From: Candidatus Liptonbacteria bacterium
GTDB lineage: Bacteria; Patescibacteriota; Minisyncoccia; UBA6257; 2-01-FULL-56-20
Length of the DNA: 64,000 bases
Reading direction: 5' to 3'
Assembly: GCA_023244895.1 (NCBI GenBank)
Contig: JAHFLL010000001.1
Coordinates: forward strand, 489,802 to 553,801
Made by a program: the position numbers and the translations under genes. The notes beneath the pieces are model-generated. The model saw only the letters and a program-made list of their open reading frames with translations. It had not been told where the DNA came from and did not search any database. How positions within the stretch are numbered: position 1 is the first letter of the stretch; every line of letters begins with the position of its first letter. Positions 57,560 through 64,000 of this stretch are shown piece after piece.

Positions 57560-57838
57560 TTATCTGGCTAGGTCTATTTTTTGACCGGCCTTGAGCGTAA
57601 CGATTGCTTTCTTGTAGCCCGGCTTTTCGGACCTCATGCCACGATAGCGGCGGGACTTAGCGGGAATGTTTACGATATTAACCTCCGTAGCGTCTACCTG
57701 GTAAAGCTCTTTGACCATCTTTTTCATTTCGTTCTTGGTGGCGTTGTCCTTAACTAAAAACACGTACTTACCCTCTTCGTTCAAGCGAGTAGACTTTTCG
57801 GTTATCCAAGGCTTTTTAACTAAAAATGAGTCTTTCAT
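57560..57838 (-). CDS. rplW: 50S ribosomal protein uL23
   Basis: PWITEKS, YKKAIVTL. Confidence 0.96.
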   Translation of the reverse strand: MKDSFLVKKPWITEKSTRLNEEGKYVFLVKDNATKNEMKKMVKELYQVDATEVNIVNIPAKSRRYRGMRSEKPGYKKAIVTLKAGQKIDLAR

Positions 57839-57839
57839 G

Positions 57840-58481
57840 TTAGAAGGAGTAGTGCTTGGTTATAACCTCTACCGCCTTTTGGTCTACAAAAATATTCTTG
57901 TGATTCAAAATGTCATATACATTTAAGGAAGTCGCACCCAAAACTTTAGCCTTGGGCAAGTTGCGCGCGGCGCGAGAGATATTCTTGTTTTCCGTTTCCG
58001 GCACGAACAGTAAATCATATTTCAAAACTTTCTTGGCGGTGAAGAATGGCTTTAGATTTTTAGTCACAATCTTAGTTTTTGGCTCGGCAATGTTTAGAGT
58101 ATCAAAAAACTTAATCTCCCCATCCTTGAATTTGCGGGAAAGAACGGCCGCGAGCGCAGCCTTTTTCATTTTAGCGTTAACTTTCTGGCTATAGTCGCGT
58201 TCGTTGCGCGGACCATGCGCCTTGCCACCACCTACCCAAATAGGAGAACGGGTGGAGCCATGACGAGCGCGCCCAGTACCCTTCTGACGCCAAGGCTTCT
58301 TACCGCCACCGCGCACTTCGCTGCGGTCGCGCGCGTGCGCCCAGGGGCGACGCTTATTAGCCAACTGCGCCATAACAACCTGATTAACCAGAGCCTCATT
58401 CCAACGCTTGCCGAAAATACTGTCCGGCAACTCGATCGTGCCAACTTTACTATTTTCCCAGTTATACAAATCCGTCTTCAT
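57840..58481 (-). CDS. rplD: 50S ribosomal protein uL4
   Basis: GGGKKPWRQKGTGRARHGS. Confidence 0.98.
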   Translation of the reverse strand: MKTDLYNWENSKVGTIELPDSIFGKRWNEALVNQVVMAQLANKRRPWAHARDRSEVRGGGKKPWRQKGTGRARHGSTRSPIWVGGGKAHGPRNERDYSQKVNAKMKKAALAAVLSRKFKDGEIKFFDTLNIAEPKTKIVTKNLKPFFTAKKVLKYDLLFVPETENKNISRAARNLPKAKVLGATSLNVYDILNHKNIFVDQKAVEVITKHYSF

Positions 58482-58496
58482 ATCTAGAGTATAAAA

Positions 58497-59066
58497 TTAC
58501 TTAGACTTCTTGCTTCTGATTTTGACTATTTCTAAAAGTCCTCCGCGCGCGCCCGGCACCGCGCCACGCAACATAAGCAAACCCTTCTCCGCATCCACTT
58601 CCGCAACCATTAAATTACCAACCGTAACCCGTTCCGTGCCCATGTGGCCGGCCATGCGCCTGCCCGGGACAACTCTCTGAAAAGCGGTGCTTCCGATAGA
58701 ACCCGGCGCGCGGTGCCGATTCTTCTGACCATGAGTCTTGGGGCCTCCCGCGAAACCATGGCGCTTTACCACGCCCTGGAATCCGCGACCCTTGGTTAGA
58801 CCGGCGACGCGCACAATGTCTCCCGCCGAAAAAATATCAACCTTAACCTCGTCTCCAACTTTAAACTCACCCAGAGCCTCCACTCCGCGCGGGCGGAATT
58901 CTTTAGCTGTTTTGCCTAATTTGATTTGAACCGCCGCGTAGCCGTCTTTTTCTTTGGTACGCAAAATCGCCACCTTGTTGGCGGGTACAGAAATGATCGT
59001 GACCGGCAGGATTTTTTCACCTTGCCAGAGCTGATCCATCTTTACTTTTCTACCCAAGATCATCAT
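58497..59066 (-). CDS. rplC: 50S ribosomal protein uL3
   Basis: KGRGFQGVVKRHGF, HRAPGSIG, RMAGHMG. Confidence 0.98.
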   Translation of the reverse strand: MMILGRKVKMDQLWQGEKILPVTIISVPANKVAILRTKEKDGYAAVQIKLGKTAKEFRPRGVEALGEFKVGDEVKVDIFSAGDIVRVAGLTKGRGFQGVVKRHGFAGGPKTHGQKNRHRAPGSIGSTAFQRVVPGRRMAGHMGTERVTVGNLMVAEVDAEKGLLMLRGAVPGARGGLLEIVKIRSKKSK

Positions 59067-59177
59067 ATTTTTACTATTAAAAAATCGCCTAAGGCGCAGC
59101 CCGGCGATTCCGGTCCGTCCTTGTGAAGCGCCCCCTTATGTTTCGTCTCTCTGGGCACCCATTAAAGCGACCGGGAT

Positions 59178-59206
59178 ATGATAGTTTAAAAATAGGTTTG
59201 TGTCAA
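59178..59206 (-). promoter_or_regulatory. sigma70-type promoter upstream of rplC
   Basis: TTGACA-17nt-TATCAT. Confidence 0.7.
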
Positions 59207-59348
59207 CCCCGTAGCGACCCGTGCAGTTTTTTCTGTTTTGACATCTTGAATATAAAAATTTATGCGGTAGATAATAATGTAAATAACGAACATAGACCTA
59301 CTGCCGGGTCTAGTACGGGGTCAATATTTAACTGGGAATAAACGACGA

Positions 59349-59378
59349 GCGGCTCCGGGGATGACCCACGGAGCCGCT
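59349..59378. terminator. GC-rich hairpin after the orphan gene
   Basis: AGCGGCTCCG...CGGAGCCGCT, 10-bp stem. Confidence 0.6.
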
Positions 59379-59381
59379 GAC

Positions 59382-59693
59382 TCATGCCGCTCGCTGAAGA
59401 CGTGTCCGCAGAAGCCTATACGCGTCCAGCTCCTTGTAGTACGGACTGTCCTCTTCTCCTGGCCGGGTTGCTCTCTCCCCTTTCACTTGGCAAATCGGGA
59501 TGCCACACAGGACATCCTTGGGAGCACCGTCCACCACGACCGTTATCGTGGCTTCGACGGCTCCAACCAAACACGCCATAGCTTCCAGATCGCTATCGCT
59601 AGCTACCTGGACAAGCTCGTTCCGTCGCTGGACGAACTCCGCTTCCGAGATCTTGCCTTGCCCACGCGAGAGCAGTAGGTCAAACCAGTTCAT
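59382..59693 (-). CDS. Orphan hypothetical protein (103 aa) between rpsJ and rplC
   Basis: AGGAGGT 3 nt before ATG 59693 (MNWFDLLL...), followed by a hairpin. Confidence 0.6.
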   Translation of the reverse strand: MNWFDLLLSRGQGKISEAEFVQRRNELVQVASDSDLEAMACLVGAVEATITVVVDGAPKDVLCGIPICQVKGERATRPGEEDSPYYKELDAYRLLRTRLQRAA

Positions 59694-59746
59694 GGGACCT
59701 CCTACCGGGCAGATTAGCACCCGGGAACTTTTTTGCAAATCAGAAA

Positions 59747-59776
59747 AACTTAAAACCCCCTTACGGGGGCTTTAAG
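59747..59776 (-). terminator. Intrinsic terminator after rpsJ
   Basis: Minus strand AAAGCCCCC-GTAA-GGGGGTTTT. Confidence 0.7.
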
Positions 59777-59805
59777 CGTCTAACTTCTAGATTCTATCTT
59801 CTGCC

Positions 59806-60138
59806 CTATACTATCTTTATTTCAATATCCACCCCTGCTGGCAGATTCAGATTAGACAGAGACTCAATGATTTTCTGATTGGGATTCAGGATATCTATCA
59901 GGCGCTTGTGCACCCTAAGCTCAAACTGTTCCCTGGAATTCTTGTCAATAAAAGTAGAGCGGTTGACCGTGTACTTTTTGACTTCGGTCGGCAAGGGAAT
60001 CGGACCCACAACCTTGGCATCGTTTCTTTCCGCGGTTTCAATAATCTGACGCGCGGAATTATCGATGAGCTTATGGTCGTAAGCGCGAATCCTTAGCCTT
60101 ATCTTTTGAGGAACTTCCTGATCCTTCTTCTTAACCAT
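59806..60138 (-). CDS. rpsJ: 30S ribosomal protein uS10
   Basis: [33 protein letters not shown]. Confidence 0.98.
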   Translation of the reverse strand: MVKKKDQEVPQKIRLRIRAYDHKLIDNSARQIIETAERNDAKVVGPIPLPTEVKKYTVNRSTFIDKNSREQFELRVHKRLIDILNPNQKIIESLSNLNLPAGVDIEIKIV

Positions 60139-61338
60139 TTACTTGTTGATTTTAGTGACTACGCCCGCGCCTACAGTCTTGCCACCTTCACGGATGGCGA
60201 AGCGCTGCTTCTCTTCCAGCGCGACCGGAGTGATGAGCTTGACGCCCAACTTCACGGTATCACCCGGCATAACCATCTCGGTGCCTTCCGGTAGGAAGAC
60301 CTCGCCGGTCACGTCCGTGGTGCGGATGTAGAATTGCGGCTTATAGCCTTTAAAGAACGGGGTATGTCGACCGCCTTCCTCCTTGGAAAGGACGTATACT
60401 TCACAGTCAAACTCGGCGTGAGGCGTAACGGATCCCGGCTTAGCCAAGACCTGACCGCGCTCCACATCTTCTTTCTTCAAGCCACGCAGAAGGGCGCCGA
60501 CGTTGTCGCCAGCCTGACCTTCGTCCAAAAGCTTGTTGAACATTTCAATACCGGTTACGACGGTTTTCGCAGTTGGGCGCAAACCTACGATTTCAATTTC
60601 CTCGTTAACCTTAACTCTGCCGCGCTCCACGCGACCAGTCACAACGGTGCCACGTCCTTCAATCGAGAAGATATCTTCAATCGGCATCAGGAACGGCTTC
60701 TCTAGTTCGCGAACCGGGTCCGGGATGTAGGTGTCCAAAGCGGTCATCAAATCAATGATGCACTTTGCATCCGGATCATCCGCAGACTTGGCATTTAAGG
60801 CCTTGAGCGCGGAACCACGGATAACCGGGGCGTTGTCGCCGTCAAACTCATATTTCTTAAGCAACTCACGAACCTCGGTCTCTACTAAGTCAATCAGTTC
60901 CGGGTCGTCCACCATATCGCACTTATTAAGGAACACAATCATATTCGGAACACCTACCTGGTGAGCCAAGAGCACGTGCTCGCGAGTCTGAGGCATAGGA
61001 CCATCCGTCGCGGCAACCACCAAAATCGCACCGTCCATCTGAGCGGCGCCAGTAATCATGTTCTTGATGTAGTCCGCGTGTCCTGGAGCATCGATGTGCG
61101 CATAGTGGCGCTTGTCGGACTCATACTCGGAGTGATGCAAAGCAATCGTGATTCCACGTGCTTTTTCTTCCGGCGCATTGTCAATCTGGTCTACGCCTTC
61201 CGACTTCTTGGCTAAACCCCTCATGAATTGAACGCTCGTAATAGCCGCAGTCAAAGTCGTTTTGCCATGGTCAACGTGACCGATAGTACCAACATTTACG
61301 TGCGGCTTGCTTCTGCTAAACTTTTCTTTTTCTGCCAT
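60139..61338 (-). CDS. tuf: Elongation factor Tu
   Basis: [31 protein letters not shown]. Confidence 0.99.
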   Translation of the reverse strand: MAEKEKFSRSKPHVNVGTIGHVDHGKTTLTAAITSVQFMRGLAKKSEGVDQIDNAPEEKARGITIALHHSEYESDKRHYAHIDAPGHADYIKNMITGAAQMDGAILVVAATDGPMPQTREHVLLAHQVGVPNMIVFLNKCDMVDDPELIDLVETEVRELLKKYEFDGDNAPVIRGSALKALNAKSADDPDAKCIIDLMTALDTYIPDPVRELEKPFLMPIEDIFSIEGRGTVVTGRVERGRVKVNEEIEIVGLRPTAKTVVTGIEMFNKLLDEGQAGDNVGALLRGLKKEDVERGQVLAKPGSVTPHAEFDCEVYVLSKEEGGRHTPFFKGYKPQFYIRTTDVTGEVFLPEGTEMVMPGDTVKLGVKLITPVALEEKQRFAIREGGKTVGAGVVTKINK

Positions 61339-61401
61339 TTTAGAAATTAAAAAACTGCTTCGACGTTTTGTTTATTTTTTATATACCAACGATACCGATA
61401 A

Positions 61402-61429
61402 ATTGTAGCGAAAACCTGCACAAAGTCAA
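61402..61429 (-). promoter_or_regulatory. sigma70-type promoter of tuf-rpsJ
   Basis: TTGACT-16nt-TACAAT. Confidence 0.6.
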
Positions 61430-61507
61430 CCCCCATGCTAAATAAGCCGTAAGATACGCTCACCCTCTTTGATGCGAGGGTCGCAATCTTAAGCTCCAAA
61501 ATCTGTT

Positions 61508-61906
61508 TTAGGAGTTCGTCATCCGAGCACGAATCAACTTTTCAACCGCGTACGGGTCCTTAATGCCCCGGAAAATTATTTCCGCTTCGGGCGAACCGGC
61601 GGAGCTCACATAAATTGTGCCTAAGCCCAAGACGCGCTCTATCACGCCTTGACTCACTTTCAGATCTTGTATTTTTAGGTACTCGATAAAGGCCTGACCC
61701 GTAGAGATAAAGCGCAAGCTCTTTTCCACTCCCTTCTCCCCTAGCGTCATAGTTTCCGCTCTACGGGAAAGCTCGCTAATAGCAAGCATAATTATACCCA
61801 ACAATGGATACCAATAGTTATAAGCGAATCCCAGACAGAAAACCAAAAAACTCAGGGCGTAGTAGCCAAGATAAGAGAGCGGATGAGGATGCCAAGACTG
61901 CGGCAT
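61508..61906 (-). CDS. Bacterial PH-domain (bPH_2) membrane protein
   Basis: Two TMs, then KIQDLKVSQGVIERVLGLGTIYVSSAG...I.DP. Confidence 0.85.
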   Translation of the reverse strand: MPQSWHPHPLSYLGYYALSFLVFCLGFAYNYWYPLLGIIMLAISELSRRAETMTLGEKGVEKSLRFISTGQAFIEYLKIQDLKVSQGVIERVLGLGTIYVSSAGSPEAEIIFRGIKDPYAVEKLIRARMTNS

Positions 61907-61929
61907 GTCTCTATTTTAGCACACGAGTA

Positions 61930-64000
61930 TTATTTCTTCTTACCCTCTATAATCTGCTGTTCCACATTCCTGGGGGCAGGAGTGTATTCGCTAAACTCCA
62001 TCGTAAAGCTTCCCCGGCCCTGAGTCATAGAGCGTAATTGGGTCGCATAACCGAACATTTCTGAAAGCGGAACCTGTGCGTCAATAACTTTGATGTTGGT
62101 GCGGTCGGAGATGTTCTCAATCTTACCGCGGCGGGAATTCAAATCGCCCGTGACCGTACCCTGAAACTCGGTTGGAATCAAAACCTGCACCTTCATAATT
62201 GGCTCCAAAACTACCGGCTTGGCCTGACGAGCGGCTTCTTGAAAAGCCATTGAGCCCGCGATTTTGAAAGCCGCTTCGGAAGAGTCTACTTCGTGATAGG
62301 AACCGTCAAAAAGAGCAACTTCTATGTCTACCATGGGGTAACCGGCCACCACGCCTTTATCCATCGCTTCTTTAACACCCTTACCGGTCGGAGCAATAAA
62401 TTCCTTGGGGACCGAGCCTCCCTTAATTTCATCCAAAAATTCATAACCAGACCCACGTTCCCGCGGTTTAATTCTCAACCAAACGTGCCCGTACTGACCA
62501 CGTCCGCCAGACTGACGGATGTACTTACCCTCCGCTTCCGCACCGATAGTAATAGTTTCTTTATAGGCAACCTGCGGGCGGCCAACATTCGCGTCCACGC
62601 TAAATTCGCGCTTCATACGGTCCACGATAATATCCAAATGCAACTCACCCATACCTTCAATAATGGTTTCACCTGTATCTATATCTCCCCTCACCCGGAA
62701 GGTTGGGTCCTCGTCCGCCAAACGATGCAAAGCCACGCCCATTTTTTCCTGGTCGGCTTTGGTTTTAGGCTCAATGCGAATTCCAATAACTGGCTCCGGA
62801 AAAGTAATCTGCTCCAAAACTATCGGTTTGTCTATGTCGCACAAAGTGTCTCCGGTTGTGGTGTCTTTCAGACCTACAATGGCGGCGATTTCTCCCGCGT
62901 ATATCTCCTCCACTTCTTCTCTCTGGTTAGCATGCATACGCACTAAACGGCCGATTCTTTCCTGCTCGCCCTTGATGGAGTTGTAGACATAAGAACCACG
63001 CTTTAACGTGCCGGCGTAAACCCGGTAGAAAGTTAAAGCACCGACATAGGGGTCGGTTGCAACCTTAAAGGCCAAACCGGTCAAAGGTTCGCTGTCTTCC
63101 GGCTTGCGGGTTATTTCCTCTCCAGTCTTGGGATCGGTGCCCTTGGTGGGTGGTATATCTAAGGGCGAGGGTAAATAATCCACCACCGCGTCCAACATGT
63201 ATTGCACGCCCTTGTTTTTTAAGGCGGAACCGCACATAACCGGAACGATTTTGTTGTCTATAACACCTTTACGCAAAACGCGCTTCAAATCTTCCAGGCC
63301 AATTTCCTGTCCTTCTAGATACTTGGACATGAGCGCGTCATCGTTCTCCACAATTTTCTCCACTAATTCATGACGATGCTTTTTCACGTCTTCCATCATG
63401 GAGTCCGGTATTGGAATCTCCACTATTTTTTCGCCATGCTCGCCCTGAAACTCAAAGGCCTGCATGCGCAGTAAATCTATAATCGCCTTAAAGTCCGCCT
63501 CCGCTCCGATTGGTAACTGTATCGCGACCGCGTTCGGGGTCAGGCGCTCCCGAATGGAACCGAAAGACTTTTCAAAATTCGCACCCATGCGATCCAATTT
63601 ATTAATAAAACAAACCCGCGGTACGTGATATTCGTCCGCGTAGTGCCAGTTGGTCTCGGACTGCGGCTCCACGCCTGCCACACCGTCGAAAACAACCACC
63701 GCGCCGTCCAAGACACGCAAGGAGCGCTTAACCTCCACCGTAAAGTCAATGTGTCCCGGGGTATCAATCAGGTTAATACGGATCTCCTTACTTTTATCTC
63801 CTTTCGCGTAGGTTGGAATCCAAAAAGCGGTCGTGGCGGCAGAGGTAATAGTAATACCGCGTTCGCGTTCCTGTTCCATCCAATCCATAACGGTGTCTCC
63901 GGTGTGCACTTCTCCAATCTTATGAGAAACGCCCGTATAGAAAAGCACGCGCTCCGAGACGGTTGTCTTACCCGCGTCAATATGGGCAATAATTCCGATG
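61930..64000 (-). CDS. fusA: Elongation factor G; start lies beyond the window end
   Basis: Frame is open to the edge ([13 protein letters not shown]); ERGITI, DTPGH, GMGELHL, VDSSE. Confidence 0.99.
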   Translation of the reverse strand, partial: IGIIAHIDAGKTTVSERVLFYTGVSHKIGEVHTGDTVMDWMEQERERGITITSAATTAFWIPTYAKGDKSKEIRINLIDTPGHIDFTVEVKRSLRVLDGAVVVFDGVAGVEPQSETNWHYADEYHVPRVCFINKLDRMGANFEKSFGSIRERLTPNAVAIQLPIGAEADFKAIIDLLRMQAFEFQGEHGEKIVEIPIPDSMMEDVKKHRHELVEKIVENDDALMSKYLEGQEIGLEDLKRVLRKGVIDNKIVPVMCGSALKNKGVQYMLDAVVDYLPSPLDIPPTKGTDPKTGEEITRKPEDSEPLTGLAFKVATDPYVGALTFYRVYAGTLKRGSYVYNSIKGEQERIGRLVRMHANQREEVEEIYAGEIAAIVGLKDTTTGDTLCDIDKPIVLEQITFPEPVIGIRIEPKTKADQEKMGVALHRLADEDPTFRVRGDIDTGETIIEGMGELHLDIIVDRMKREFSVDANVGRPQVAYKETITIGAEAEGKYIRQSGGRGQYGHVWLRIKPRERGSGYEFLDEIKGGSVPKEFIAPTGKGVKEAMDKGVVAGYPMVDIEVALFDGSYHEVDSSEAAFKIAGSMAFQEAARQAKPVVLEPIMKVQVLIPTEFQGTVTGDLNSRRGKIENISDRTNIKVIDAQVPLSEMFGYATQLRSMTQGRGSFTMEFSEYTPAPRNVEQQIIEGKKK

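Noticed and set aside
1-64000. CRISPR array or cas genes
   Set aside because: No regularly spaced 23-47 nt repeats with unique spacers and no Cas-like ORFs were seen.
1-64000. Alternative genetic code (UGA=Gly, as in Gracilibacteria/Absconditabacteria)
   Set aside because: Conserved genes are intact under code 11 and TGA ends genes at expected positions (map-adk and ABC gene overlaps, Cys-rich paralog ends).

Overview
A 64-kb chromosomal window from a Patescibacteria (CPR) bacterium, most likely Parcubacteria. The assignment is inferred from gene content: no rpmD between rpsE and rplO, tandem adk genes, and the CPR-type VirB4/TraD-like ATPase. Code 11 is used and most genes are on the minus strand. 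Housekeeping content: partial fusA, tuf, rpsJ, the rplC-secY-adk-adk-map block, lysS, greA, dnaE, rpmG, rplJ-rplL with an L10 leader, rplU, ddl, a galT-like gene and four tRNAs. The most notable items: (1) tRNA-Thr(GGU) is split by a compact 185-nt group I intron; a free-standing HTH-LAGLIDADG-like gene ends inside the tRNA 5' end, and a hairpin-rich duplication of the tRNA 3' end follows. (2) Six paralogous Cys-rich genes of about 570-590 aa sit in two tandem triplets 33 kb apart and share a 360-bp, 98%-identical DNA tract and a 59-bp identical tract, suggesting module exchange. (3) An envelope-gene island (class F sortase, two candidate substrates including a DUF3494 ice-binding-like protein, FN3, YggT, GlsB, PAS) has six promoter-like copies of YG(T/A)AA(T/C)-N16-CGGC around its own ECF sigma; a second ECF sigma has a different -10 element. 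(4) Degenerate 7-nt tandem arrays recur in many intergenic gaps. All calls come from reading the sequence by eye; no database search was run.
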